A stretch of 64,000 nt of DNA from Alphaproteobacteria bacterium (GCA_964291285.2 OZ219787.1:1824001-1888000); one strand, 5' to 3'. Positions 20,485-31,145 are shown, counted from the stretch's first letter. The notes: a model not told the origin generated them from the sequence alone. Program-made: numbers and translations.

Positions 20485-22646
20485 CCCGCCGCCGCGAGTT
20501 CGCGCCGGCGCGCCTCGCTCATCGACCACGGCAGCCAGGGCGAGAGGTCTTCCGGCGGCTCGCCGCCGTTCTCCGCGCACGCGGTCAGCCATTCACCGAG
20601 CCAGCGCCGGACGTCGATGCCGTTGATCGCCAGCGTGCCGGCCACCGAGTACATCGTTGCCGTGAACCCGGCGCCTTTCTCGCTGTCGGAGCCGAACGAG
20701 AGCCGTCGCCCGATGACCGCGAAGCGCAGGGAGAGTTCGCCGCGGTTGTTGTCCATGGGCACGAACGGCTTGTCGACGAAGACGCACAGCCCCTCGCGGT
20801 GCTTGAGGAGCGAGCGCAGCGGCCTGGCCCTGCGCGCCCTGTCCGTCAGCCCGGCCAGTTCCGCTTCGGCGGCCGCGAACAGCTCGTCGACCGCCTTCTT
20901 CAGCCTGGCGTGCGCGACGTCGAACGCCGGCGTCTGGCGTTCGAGAGGGTGAGCGGGGTCGTAATGCTCCAGCCGCGCCTCGTTGAGCCGGTAGATCTCC
21001 GCGATCCGCTCGATCCATCTCTGGCACCAGCGCCTGAGCCGCACCCGCCCGGCCGCGCCGTCGATGAACGAGCGCCTTTGGTGCGCCCAGCACCATTGCA
21101 GGATCACCTTGCCGGCGAGTTCGCGGGCCAGCTTTCTGTAGGCGCTGAACCGGTCGCAGACCAGAACCACGATGCCCTGTGTCGAACCGAACAGCTTCAT
21201 CGCGACCTCGGCGCTGCGCGAGGGATCGATGTGGTAATAGACCGCGTCCGGGCTCACCGAGGTCCACAGCCAGGCGCGGCTCGACCGGCCTTTCTCGCGC
21301 CAGGCCTGAACGCGCCAGGATGTTTCGTCGGCATGGCGCAGGGCCGCGGTGTTCTGGTGCGCAAGGATCGCCTCGGCCAGCGGCTCGAACAGCGGCACGA
21401 AGCGCTTGATGCTGTCGGCCAGGGTGCCCGGCGAGATCGTCAGCCCCATGTCGGCCAGCCAGGCCGCGACCCGATGCAGCGGCCGGCAGCAGACGAACCG
21501 TTCGTAGAGCATGCACGTCCAGACGCTGATCCCGTAAGGCGTGGTCTCGAACAGTCGCACCGCCGGCGGCGCGGTCACCTCCCGCGGCGCGGAGGCGCAG
21601 TCGCAAGCCCGGCGCCAGCGCGACCGGACGATGGTGCGCTCGCAGGCCTCGACATCGATCTCGAAGAGGGTGGTGCGCCGCTCGCCGTTGGCGACATAGG
21701 GCTTGCCGCAACGCGGGCAGATCCGCGCATCTTCCGGCGGGTCGCGCGTCTCCTTCTTCTTCCTGAGCCCGGGGCGCCGGGTGCGGCCGTGCCCGGCGGT
21801 GCCGCGCTGCTGGCCGCGCTCGCGCCCGGTGCCCGGCTTCTTCTGCCGCTCGCTCCTGCTGCCGTAGAGCGCCTTCGACAGGACGCTGCGGGTCGAGCGC
21901 AGCTTGTCGAGGTCGCCTTCCAGCTTCTCGACCCGCGCGGCCAGCGCGGCATTCTCGCCCTTCAGATCCCGCACCTCGGCGCGCAGCCCGGCATTCTTCT
22001 CCCGCAGCGACCCGATCAGCTCCGTGGCCCGCACGACCGCCGCCCGCAGCCGGTCGTTGCGCGCGCGCAGCCACGCGATCGTGCCCTCCCCGGCCTTCAC
22101 CAGCCGCCTGGCCGCGGCGAGATGCCGGTCGAACCGCCTGCGCAGAGATTCGGCCACGCGCTCGCCCTCGCGGTGTACCTTCGCGAGCCGCGAGCGCTCC
22201 CGGTCGATGTCCTGCTTCAACCAGTTGATCTCGTCCCGGTGGCGCGCCTCGACCCGCTCCCGGTGCTCGTGAGACCGGCGCAACGAGAGGTAAAGACCGG
22301 CGATCTCGTCGTCCTGATACTCGACCCTGCGCTCCAACGCCTTCATGGCCCGCGACGCGGTCCTGGTTACGGCCAACTTGAGCTTGAACCGGCAAGTCTC
22401 AAGCTGCCTCTCCAGAGAACGCACGCGCGTACAGGCGTCCCTCTCCGACCAGCGCAGTTCCTCGCGGCGCAACTCCGCCACGCGTGCGCGACCCCGTTCC
22501 TCCTCGATCCGCGCCTCTGCCTCTTCAAGCACAGACGCCCAGTCGAGCGGCTCGCACGCCGGCATCACCATGGGAGGCGACCACAAGGTGTCGCCCCCCT
22601 CGGCCAGCGTCAGGTCGGTGCAGAAATCCGCGTCGAAAACCGCCAT
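20481..22646 (-). CDS. IS66 TnpC-type transposase with a long coiled-coil N-terminus
   Basis: CPRCG zinc motif, HADETSW, VCDRFSAY, CWAHQRR, DNNRGE..LR. Confidence 0.85.
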   Translation of the reverse strand: MAVFDADFCTDLTLAEGGDTLWSPPMVMPACEPLDWASVLEEAEARIEEERGRARVAELRREELRWSERDACTRVRSLERQLETCRFKLKLAVTRTASRAMKALERRVEYQDDEIAGLYLSLRRSHEHRERVEARHRDEINWLKQDIDRERSRLAKVHREGERVAESLRRRFDRHLAAARRLVKAGEGTIAWLRARNDRLRAAVVRATELIGSLREKNAGLRAEVRDLKGENAALAARVEKLEGDLDKLRSTRSVLSKALYGSRSERQKKPGTGRERGQQRGTAGHGRTRRPGLRKKKETRDPPEDARICPRCGKPYVANGERRTTLFEIDVEACERTIVRSRWRRACDCASAPREVTAPPAVRLFETTPYGISVWTCMLYERFVCCRPLHRVAAWLADMGLTISPGTLADSIKRFVPLFEPLAEAILAHQNTAALRHADETSWRVQAWREKGRSSRAWLWTSVSPDAVYYHIDPSRSAEVAMKLFGSTQGIVVLVCDRFSAYRKLARELAGKVILQWCWAHQRRSFIDGAAGRVRLRRWCQRWIERIAEIYRLNEARLEHYDPAHPLERQTPAFDVAHARLKKAVDELFAAAEAELAGLTDRARRARPLRSLLKHREGLCVFVDKPFVPMDNNRGELSLRFAVIGRRLSFGSDSEKGAGFTATMYSVAGTLAINGIDVRRWLGEWLTACAENGGEPPEDLSPWLPWSMSEARRRELAAAG

Positions 22647-23057
22647 GCGCGAGACCGTAGCGCATGCGCGAAGTAGTTACCAGTCAGAAAATCCGTGGAG
22701 GCATACGATCCCCCGGAACCCGAACGGATACGCCTCTTCATGAGTCAAAAACCAGCACCGCTGGTATGACTCGTCGCGATATCGAATATTTTTAATCGTC
22801 ATTGTTGAGGCGTGTGCGCTGTTTGGAAGTTCTTTCTGAGCAAGGCATTGCGGAGGGTCTGGATTTTTCTTACCCCGTCAGGATGGCTGATTTCCGGGGT
22901 TTTTGCGGTTTGGAGGGAAAGGTTTTGTGGATTTCCACCCCATGGCCGTGCGCGGGCTGGTTTTCGGGCGCGTCGCGTTGAGGCGCGGGACTGAGTAGAA
23001 GGTGTCGCCATCGGGCCTGCGGCCCTTGTTCCATCCACCGGCGCTGGTTGGGAGAAC

Positions 23058-24536
23058 ATGATGGCGACAGCGGAGAAGTTAGCCTTTTCGTGGTGGTCTG
23101 TGGAGGGCCTTGCGGACCTTGAGCGTCTGCGTGTGGTGCTCGACACGCTTCCCGACGAGAAGGTTGTGGCTGCGCTTGAGGCGGGTCGCGGTCGCGGGCG
23201 GAACGACTATCCGGTACGGGCGATGTGGCGTGCGTTGATCGCGGGGATCGTGTTCCAGCATGCCTCGATGCAGTCGCTGCTGCGTGAGCTGGGCCGCAAC
23301 CCGGCATTGCTTGAGATTTGCGGGTTCGAGGCGCTGCCCTTGCAGGGTGCGCCGGTGGTGGCGCTTTGCGCGGGGCGGGTGGTGAGGTATCCGGCGCCGT
23401 TGCGCTCGACGGTGCCGGGCGCCTGGAACTTCTCGCGGTTCCTGGGGCGCGTGGTGCGCCTTGAGGACGAGCGCGGCCTTGTGTCGGGGATGATCGGGCG
23501 TCTGCGCGCCTCGCTGTTCGAGGAGTTGCCGGACTTCGGTCGCCATCTCGGGTATGACGGCAAGGCGGTGGCGAGCCACTCGACGGGCCGGGTTGCCGGG
23601 GCCAGGGGGCAGACCTCGGACCCCGATGCGGACTGGGGCAGGCACGAGACGGGCGGGGTGAACGCGAAGACCGGCGCGGTGTGGAAGAAGGTGAAGTCGT
23701 GGTTCGGCTACGGGCTGCACCTGATCGCCGACACGGACCACGAGGTTCCTGTGGCCTTCGAGGTGACGCGGGCGTCGGCATCGGAACCCGGGGTGCTGTC
23801 CGGGATGCTGGAGGAGTTGTTCGCCGAGGCGCCGGAGATGGCCGGGCGCTGCGCCGATTTCAGCGCCGACCGCGGTCTCGACAACGCCCGCCTGAAGGCG
23901 CGGTTGTGGGACAGGTGGCATATCCGCCCGCTGATCGACACGCGCCTGATGTGGCGGGTCGAGAAGAAGGAGCCGGGCCATGACCCGGCCCGGCCGATCA
24001 CGCGACCGCTGTTCCCCGGGCGCGCCGACGTCATCGTTCATGACGAACGCGGCCGGGTGTCCTGCGTGTGCCCGCAGACCGGCGAGGTCCGCGCCATGGC
24101 CTTCCAGGGGTTCGAGGTCGGGCGCGGCGTCTGCGGCACGCTCAAATACCGCTGCCCCGCAGCCGCCTTCGGCTTCGAGTGCAAGGGACGCCGGGCCTGC
24201 CATCGGGCGGGTGGGGTGAAGTCCGGCGAATACGGCCGCATCCTGCGCGTCGATCTCGACAGCCATGACCGGCGCCTCTTCACGCCCACGCCCTGGGGCA
24301 GCCCGTCATGGCGGCGCGGATACAACCGGCGCACGGCCATGGAGCGGATCAACGCCCGCCTCGACCGCAGCTTCAACTTCGAGACCCACTACATCCGCGG
24401 TCGCGCGAAGATGAAGACCCGCATCGGGCTGGCCCTGGCGGTCATGATGGCCATGGCGCTTGCACAGGCCCGCGCCGGACGCGTCGCACGCATGCGCTCC
24501 CTGGTCGGCCCGGCGCCATACCTCGATACCGGCTGA
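23058..24536 (+). CDS. IS1182/IS5-like DDE transposase, intact
   Basis: 492 aa; YDGKA, SDPDADWG, WFGYGLHL, ADRGLD, RTAMERIN. Confidence 0.85.
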   Translation: MMATAEKLAFSWWSVEGLADLERLRVVLDTLPDEKVVAALEAGRGRGRNDYPVRAMWRALIAGIVFQHASMQSLLRELGRNPALLEICGFEALPLQGAPVVALCAGRVVRYPAPLRSTVPGAWNFSRFLGRVVRLEDERGLVSGMIGRLRASLFEELPDFGRHLGYDGKAVASHSTGRVAGARGQTSDPDADWGRHETGGVNAKTGAVWKKVKSWFGYGLHLIADTDHEVPVAFEVTRASASEPGVLSGMLEELFAEAPEMAGRCADFSADRGLDNARLKARLWDRWHIRPLIDTRLMWRVEKKEPGHDPARPITRPLFPGRADVIVHDERGRVSCVCPQTGEVRAMAFQGFEVGRGVCGTLKYRCPAAAFGFECKGRRACHRAGGVKSGEYGRILRVDLDSHDRRLFTPTPWGSPSWRRGYNRRTAMERINARLDRSFNFETHYIRGRAKMKTRIGLALAVMMAMALAQARAGRVARMRSLVGPAPYLDTG

Positions 24537-24721
24537 CCCCTCAGCCGGCCGCCGACAACGCTGATCCAACCCGCCGGACCCCGGCATACGGACAAACGCG
24601 ACCGAAGGCCGGCGATGCTGCCGGGCTGGGCCGCTCAAGTTCGAAAAGCAACCGCGGCGACCGCCTCGAACGCCGGAACAAACAACATCAACGTAAGCGG
24701 TGCGGGGGAGGCACCCGGCTT

Positions 24722-26341
24722 TCAGCTTGACGGCGTCTGGAAGTTCCAGGGCAGGAGTTCGTCGATGCGGCTGTTGGGATGACCTGCCGCGATCTTTTCG
24801 AGCGTGATCTTGAGCCAGGCGTAGGGCTCGACACCGTTCATCTTCGCCGTCTCGATGAGCGAGCCGATGCGGCCCCAGGAGCGCGCGCCCTCGTCGTGGC
24901 CGGCGAACAACGCATTTTTCGCGGTGAGCTTGATCGGCCGGATCCGATTTTCGACGAAGTTGCTGTCCATCTCGACGCGCCCGTCGTGCAGGAAGACCAG
25001 CAGCCCGTCCCACTGGTTGGCGATGTAGGTCAACTTCTCGCCGAGGCGGGACTTGGGCGAGACGCGCGAGCGCTGCTCGTCGAGCCACACCCCGAAGGCG
25101 TTCACCAGCGGCGCGGACCCGGTCCAGCGGACGAACTGGCGCGTCGCCGGCTCCTCACCCCGGATCCTGTCCTCGATCCTGTAGAGCTGCGCGATGCGCT
25201 CCAGTCCGGCCTTCGCGATCGGCGAGCGGCTGCTGTCGAACACCGTCTCAAGGCCGCGCCTGGCGTGTGCCCAACAGGCACAGAGCGTCAGCGCCCCGCC
25301 CGGGCGATCCGCCCGGCCGAGCCGGTTGTGGCCGGCATAGCCGTCGACCTGCACCGATCCCTGGAAGCCCTCGAGGAGCTTCTCGCCATGCTTGCCGCTG
25401 CGCCCGGGCGCATACTCATACGCCACCCCCGGCGGGTCCGCCCCGGACCAGGCCCGCTGGTCGCGCACCATGGTCCACAGATAGCCGGTTTTGGTCTTGC
25501 CCCGGCCCGGGTCGAGAACCCGAACCGTGGTTTCGTCCAGACCCAGGGTGCTCGACGTCTTCAGCGCCGTCTTCAGGCGCTCATACACGGGGCGCAAGTG
25601 GAACGCCGCCTTGCCGACCCAGCCGGCCAGCGTCGAGCGGTCCAGTTGCAGCCCCGAGCGGGCATAGATCCGGGCCTGGCGGTACAGCGGAAGGTGGTCG
25701 GCATATTTGGAGATCAGGACATGGGCGATGGCGCCTTCGGTCGGCAGCCCACCCTCGATCAGCCGCGCCGGCGCCGGCGCCTGGGTAACGCCTTCCTCGC
25801 ACTTGCGGCAGGCGTATTTCGGGCGCACCGTGACGATCACCCGCAACTGCGCCGGCACGATGTCGAGCCTCTCGGCGCGGTCCTCGCCGATCTTCACCAT
25901 CTCCCCGCAGCCGCAGGGGCACAGCGTGCTCTCCGGCTCGATCACCTGCTCGATCCGTTCCAGGTGCTCCGGCAAATGGCCGAGATTGCGCTCCGGGCGG
26001 GGCTTCCTCGGTGCGCGCGGCGGCGACGGATTGTCGGCCGCGGCCTGTGCTTCCCCCTCCGCAGACGCGCCCTCCAGCTCCTCGAACGCCAGCTGGCGCT
26101 CGTCCGCCGACAGCTTCTCCGACCTCTTGCCATACACAAGGCGGACCAGTTCGAGGTTCAGATGCTCCAGACGGCGGATGCGCGCCGACAGCGCCTCATT
26201 CTCACCCGCGAGGCAGACCTTCTCTTCCGTCAGCGTCCTGTTCTCGGTGCGAAGCGTCTCCAGCGCCGCAAGCGCCTGCCTCGCAGCAGACGCCTGTTCG
26301 GGCGTCAGCGTGTCGAGGTCCATCTCCGCAAGCGCTGCCAT
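24722..26341 (-). CDS. tnpC: IS66 transposase TnpC
   Basis: KYADHLPLYRQ, LDETT, QVDGYAG, CWAHARR, DSNFVENRIRP, IDELLPW. Confidence 0.95.
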   Translation of the reverse strand: MAALAEMDLDTLTPEQASAARQALAALETLRTENRTLTEEKVCLAGENEALSARIRRLEHLNLELVRLVYGKRSEKLSADERQLAFEELEGASAEGEAQAAADNPSPPRAPRKPRPERNLGHLPEHLERIEQVIEPESTLCPCGCGEMVKIGEDRAERLDIVPAQLRVIVTVRPKYACRKCEEGVTQAPAPARLIEGGLPTEGAIAHVLISKYADHLPLYRQARIYARSGLQLDRSTLAGWVGKAAFHLRPVYERLKTALKTSSTLGLDETTVRVLDPGRGKTKTGYLWTMVRDQRAWSGADPPGVAYEYAPGRSGKHGEKLLEGFQGSVQVDGYAGHNRLGRADRPGGALTLCACWAHARRGLETVFDSSRSPIAKAGLERIAQLYRIEDRIRGEEPATRQFVRWTGSAPLVNAFGVWLDEQRSRVSPKSRLGEKLTYIANQWDGLLVFLHDGRVEMDSNFVENRIRPIKLTAKNALFAGHDEGARSWGRIGSLIETAKMNGVEPYAWLKITLEKIAAGHPNSRIDELLPWNFQTPSS

Positions 26342-26392
26342 GGCCCGCTCGATAGCACAGTGTCGGGGAGCCGGGGGCCCCGATCCGCTGAG

Positions 26393-26746
26393 TCATTCCG
26401 CCTCAGCCGGGGCCCGGACGGACAGCGCCCGAACACGACGCCAGTCCAGCCCGCAGAACAGCGCCTCGAACTGTGCATGGTTCAGCGTCATGACACCGTC
26501 GCGGATCGCAGGCCACACGAAGCCCTGATCCTCCAGACGCTTGTAGACCATCACCAACCCGGTCCCGTCATGGAAGACGAGCTTCAGCCTGTCGCTTCGT
26601 TTTGCCCTGAAGAGGAAGACCGTTCCCGTGAACGGGTCCTTGCGCAACACGCTCTTCACATGCGCAACAAGGCCGTCGTGCTGCTTCCTGAAGTCCACGG
26701 GCTTCGTCGCAACGACGATCCGCACACGGTTCGATGGGAAGATCAT
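26393..26746 (-). CDS. tnpB: IS66 accessory protein TnpB
   Basis: PVDFRKQHDGL, FRAKRSDRLK, KRLE..FVWP. Confidence 0.95.
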   Translation of the reverse strand: MIFPSNRVRIVVATKPVDFRKQHDGLVAHVKSVLRKDPFTGTVFLFRAKRSDRLKLVFHDGTGLVMVYKRLEDQGFVWPAIRDGVMTLNHAQFEALFCGLDWRRVRALSVRAPAEAE

Positions 26747-27141
26747 GACGCCGCGTTCAGCGCAGAAACGATCTCCGCCAACCGTCCCGCCGGCACGGCC
26801 GCGTCCAGACGGACCGTAACCCTGTCCATAACGACTTCCAGACGCGCGCCGCTCGCCTCACCGACACCGCTACCCTCCGCCCGGACAACCAGCGGCGCAA
26901 ACGCCACTTCCGCCGCAGGCAAAACAAGCCGACCTTCCCGCGCCAGGCGACGCCAGCCCGTCAACTGGTTCGCATGGACGCCATGTCTGCGCGCAACCTC
27001 GCGAACCGTCGCACCCGGCTCCAGCGTCTCCGCCACAATCCGCGCCTTCAAATCATCCGGCCAGCGACGACAACCGCCTCCAACCGGAAGCACTTCTACG
27101 CTCCTGAGTGTCTCAACTGAGCCCAACATTGTGAAACTCAC
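26743..27141 (-). CDS. tnpA: IS66 accessory protein TnpA (HTH)
   Basis: RRWPDDLKARIVAETLEPGATVREVARRHG...WRR. Confidence 0.9.
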   Translation of the reverse strand: MSFTMLGSVETLRSVEVLPVGGGCRRWPDDLKARIVAETLEPGATVREVARRHGVHANQLTGWRRLAREGRLVLPAAEVAFAPLVVRAEGSGVGEASGARLEVVMDRVTVRLDAAVPAGRLAEIVSALNAAS

Positions 27142-27282
27142 CTCCTGCTCAAATCACAGAAGGGGAATCCCAAATCACGCCTTCAACTGGAAGGTGGCTC
27201 AGCCGCCCCGCTTACACATCAACACCCGGACCCAACGTCCCATCCGACCGGAAAAACCCCACAGCGCAAATTTCTCACTGTT

Positions 27283-29221
27283 GAGGCGTGTGCGCTGTTT
27301 GGAAGTTCTTTCTGAGCAAGGCATTGCGGAGGGTCTGGATTTTTCTTACCCCGTCAGGATGGCTGATTTCCGGGGTTTTTGCGGTTTGGAGGGAAAGGTT
27401 TTGTGGATTTCCACCCCATGGCCGTGCGCGGGCTGGTTTTCGGGCGCGTCGCGTTGAGGCGCGGGACTGAGTAGAAGGTGTCGCCATCGGGCCTGCGGCC
27501 CTTGTTCCATCCACCGGCGCTGGTTGGGAGAACATGATGGCGACAGCGGAGAAGTTAGCCTTTTCGTGGTGGTCTGTGGAGGGCCTTGCGGACCTTGAGC
27601 GTCTGCGTGTGGTGCTCGACACGCTTCCCGACGAGAAGGTTGTGGCTGCGCTTGAGGCGGGTCGCGGTCGCGGGCGGAACGACTATCCGGTACGGGCGAT
27701 GTGGCGTGCGTTGATCGCGGGGATCGTGTTCCAGCATGCCTCGATGCAGTCGCTGCTGCGTGAGCTGGGCCGCAACCCGGCATTGCTTGAGATTTGCGGG
27801 TTCGAGGCGCTGCCCTTGCAGGGTGCGCCGGTGGTGGCGCTTTGCGCGGGGCGGGTGGTGAGGTATCCGGCGCCGTTGCGCTCGACGGTGCCGGGCGCCT
27901 GGAACTTCTCGCGGTTCCTGGGGCGCGTGGTGCGCCTTGAGGACGAGCGCGGCCTTGTGTCGGGGATGATCGGGCGTCTGCGCGCCTCGCTGTTCGAGGA
28001 GTTGCCGGACTTCGGTCGCCATCTCGGGTATGACGGCAAGGCGGTGGCGAGCCACTCGACGGGCCGGGTTGCCGGGGCCAGGGGGCAGACCTCGGACCCC
28101 GATGCGGACTGGGGCAGGCACGAGACGGGCGGGGTGAACGCGAAGACCGGCGCGGTGTGGAAGAAGGTGAAGTCGTGGTTCGGCTACGGGCTGCACCTGA
28201 TCGCCGACACGGACCACGAGGTTCCTGTGGCCTTCGAGGTGACGCGGGCGTCGGCATCGGAACCCGGGGTGCTGTCCGGGATGCTGGAGGAGTTGTTCGC
28301 CGAGGCGCCGGAGATGGCCGGGCGCTGCGCCGATTTCAGCGCCGACCGCGGTCTCGACAACGCCCGCCTGAAGGCGCGGCTGTGGGACAGGTGGCATATC
28401 CGCCCGCTGATCGACACGCGCCTGATGTGGCGGGTCGAGAAGAAGGAGCCGGGCCATGACCCGGCCCGGCCGATCACGCGACCGCTGTTCCCCGGGCGCG
28501 CCGACGTCATCGTTCATGACGAACGCGGCCGGGTGTCCTGCGTGTGCCCGCAGACCGGCGAGGTCCGCGCCATGGCCTTCCAGGGGTTCGAGGTCGGGCG
28601 CGGCGTCTGCGGCACGCTCAAATACCGCTGCCCCGCAGCCGCCTTCGGCTTCGAGTGCAAGGGACGCCGGGCCTGCCATCGGGCGGGTGGGGTGAAGTCC
28701 GGCGAATACGGCCGCATCCTGCGCGTCGACCTCGACAGCCATGACCGGCGTATCTTCACGCCCACGCCCTGGGGCAGCCCGTCATGGCGGCGCGGATACA
28801 ACCGGCGCACCGCCATGGAGCGGATCAACGCCCGCCTCGACCGCAGCTTCAACTTCGAGACCCATTACATCCGCGGACGCGCGAAGATGAAGACCCGCAT
28901 CGGGCTGGCCCTGGCGGTCATGATGGCCATGGCGCTTGCACAGGCCCGCGCCGGACGCGTCGCACGCATGCGCTCCCTGGTCGGCCCGGCGCCATACCTC
29001 GATACCGGCTGACCCCTCAGCCGACTGCCGACAACGCTGACCCAACCCGCCGGACCCCGGCATACGGACAAACGCGACCGAAGGCCGGCGATGCTGCCGG
29101 GCTGGGCCGCTCAAGTTCGAAAAGCAACCGCGGCGACCGCCTCGAACGCCGGAACAAACAACATCAACACCCGGACCCAACGTCCCATCCGACCGGAAAA
29201 ACCCCACAGCGCAAATTTCTC
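27283..29221 (+). mobile_element. 1939-bp IS copy 3, tandem with copy 2
   Basis: Flanked on both sides by ACTGTT (6-bp TSD). Confidence 0.95.
27534..29012 (+). CDS. IS1182/IS5-like DDE transposase, intact
   Basis: 492 aa, nearly identical to 23058-24536. Confidence 0.85.
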   Translation: MMATAEKLAFSWWSVEGLADLERLRVVLDTLPDEKVVAALEAGRGRGRNDYPVRAMWRALIAGIVFQHASMQSLLRELGRNPALLEICGFEALPLQGAPVVALCAGRVVRYPAPLRSTVPGAWNFSRFLGRVVRLEDERGLVSGMIGRLRASLFEELPDFGRHLGYDGKAVASHSTGRVAGARGQTSDPDADWGRHETGGVNAKTGAVWKKVKSWFGYGLHLIADTDHEVPVAFEVTRASASEPGVLSGMLEELFAEAPEMAGRCADFSADRGLDNARLKARLWDRWHIRPLIDTRLMWRVEKKEPGHDPARPITRPLFPGRADVIVHDERGRVSCVCPQTGEVRAMAFQGFEVGRGVCGTLKYRCPAAAFGFECKGRRACHRAGGVKSGEYGRILRVDLDSHDRRIFTPTPWGSPSWRRGYNRRTAMERINARLDRSFNFETHYIRGRAKMKTRIGLALAVMMAMALAQARAGRVARMRSLVGPAPYLDTG

Positions 29222-29423
29222 ACTGTTGAAGTTGGGCTTGACATATTGGAGGCGGGCAGCTCAAATTGAGTGGCCTCAGGTCGGGGGGAACTTCCGCGTT
29301 TTCGGGCCGGGTCGACGATGGACTTGAAGTTCAGCAGCGAGGTTGTCTCTGATGTAGTTCCGGTGCATCGGCGCGCCTGTAACGCAAGTCCTGTCCGGCG
29401 GTTTTCGTGGCCGATGCATGTAT

Positions 29424-30952
29424 GGGGCTGTTGAAAAGGCTCGATGTCTGTGACTCACTGCATCGATATCTTGTGTTCGAGGAAAGAGAGCCACCAGATG
29501 TTGGGTCACAAGAGCCGCGATCAGTTGGAACTTTTCATCACGGGCTCGCTTCGGCAGCTGGTGCCCGAGGATCATGTTCTGGCGCGCGTAGCCCGAGTTT
29601 TGGACCTTGGCTGGCTGCGCGAGGAAGTGGCGGAGTGCTATTGCGCGGACAACGGCCGGCCGGGCATCGACCCGGAAGTTGCGGTGCGGCTGATGTTGGC
29701 CGGTCTGCTGCTCGGGATCGTTCACGACCGCAGGCTGCTGCGGGAGGCGCAGGTCAACCTCTCGATCCGCTGGTTCATTGGCTACGGTCTGCACGAGCGT
29801 CTTCCCGACCATTCGAGCCTGACCCGGATCCGCCAGCGCTGGGGCGAGGAACGCTTCCGGTCGATCTTCCGGCGTACGGTGACGGCCTGTCTGGAAGCGA
29901 AGATCGCCATGGCCGATGTCGTGCATGTCGACGCGTCACTGATCCGCGCCGATGTCAGCTGGGAGAGCTTGGTCGAGCGTCATGCTGACGAGGTGATGGC
30001 AGAGAACCGTGGCGGAGAGGAGATCGAGGCGGAGAAGAAGGGCCGGCAGAGCGGCAAGTACAAGAAGGTGAGCCGCACCGATCCGGATGCGAGCATGGCG
30101 ACCACGTCGCGCAAGCAGCGTCTTGAGCCTTGCTACAAGCAGCACACGGCGGTCGACGACATGAGAGGCGTGGTTCTCGATGTCGCCGTGACGACCGGCG
30201 AGGTGAACGAGGGCGATATGATCGAGGCCCAGCTCGACGAAGTTCGCAGGATCTCGGGTCGCGAGATCGGAACGGTGACGGCCGATGCCGGCTACGCCTA
30301 CGCCAAGGTCTATGCCGGTCTTGAGCGCCGCAGCATCGACCCGGTGATCCCGGCCAAGAAGGAACCGATCAAGACCCGCGTCCCCTTGCGCCGCTTCCGT
30401 TACGATGCCAGGCACGACATTCTCAAATGCCCACGCGGGAAGATCCTGCGTCCGCAACGGCGCGTAAAGCATGGCCGTTTCTTCTACTCCAGGTCCAAGG
30501 ACTGCAAGCGTTGCCCACTCAAGGGTGACTGCCTGTCGAAAGGACGCGTCAACAAGGCGGTCGTCGTCGGCGACCATTATCCGGCGCTGCTTCGTGCACG
30601 GCGCCGACGCATACGCTGGAGCGACGAGGATCGGCGGCTGTATCGGCGTCACCGCTGGCGCTCGGAGGGCTTCCACGGCGAAGCCAAGACCTGGCACGGT
30701 TTGAGCCGGGCCGTCCGCCGCGGCCTCGACAACATGAAGATCCAAGCCTACCTGACAGCGGCGGCGATCAACCTCAAGCGGCTCGCGGTCCGCCCTTCTT
30801 GCCACCCTGTCGGCCATCTGGACGGCTCGGACGGTCGCTTCGGGCCTCTTACGGGCCCGTCACGCCTGACCCGTCCCCAATGTGCCGGCGACCGCCGAAG
30901 CAACGGGATGAGGCGAGAACCGCGCGACAAGACTGAGTTCTTCAACAGCCCC
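29424..30952 (+). mobile_element. IS1182-family element; transposase from 29498, apparently frameshifted near 30790 and reading past the right end
   Basis: TIR GGGGCTGTTGAA; 6-bp TSD ATGTAT; GRPGIDPE, LPDHSSLTRIRQRWG, HVDASLIRA, TADAGYA, NLKRL. Confidence 0.9.
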
Positions 30953-31145
30953 ATGTATTCAGTTCTTGCAGAAACACTTCGCTGTTTTTCCCCCGCCCTG
31001 TCGACGATGCCCTACGCCGCGCTTCCGGATCGCATGACGAATGGCTGGCGTATCTGCGTTGCTGCAACGCCATGGCGATAAGCGCTCGCGCGTTCGATGC
31101 GCGAAGGCGCGGCCTCCGGTTTGCGTGCCGCGTGGGTAGAACGTC

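Larger units (their letters stand above)
19524..22731 (-). mobile_element. IS66-family element without tnpA/tnpB, carrying a DUF4338 gene
   Basis: TIR GTATCCGTTCGGGTTCCGGGGGAT; 8-bp TSD GCCTCTTC. Confidence 0.9.
12503..22766 (-). mobile_element. IS630-family element hosting nested insertions
   Basis: Ends TACCAACGGCGCTGGTT (12503) and TACCAGCGGTGCTGGTT (minus strand from 22766); the left non-coding part is rebuilt from 19462-19523 plus 22740-22766. Confidence 0.8.
24693..27215 (-). mobile_element. Canonical IS66 element (tnpA-tnpB-tnpC)
   Basis: Both ends read GTAAGCGG inward; 8-bp TSD ACATCAAC. Confidence 0.95.
22807..27276 (+). mobile_element. 1939-bp IS copy 2, with IS66 inserted in its right end
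   Basis: Same TIRs as copy 1; flanked by ATTGTT and ACTGTT. Confidence 0.9.

Noticed and set aside
26393-26746. TnpB RNA-guided nuclease
   Set aside because: This is the 117-aa IS66 accessory TnpB, unrelated to the IS200/605 RuvC TnpB.
29238-29270. Sigma70 promoter (TTGACA at 29238)
   Set aside because: No convincing -10 hexamer at 16-18 bp spacing.
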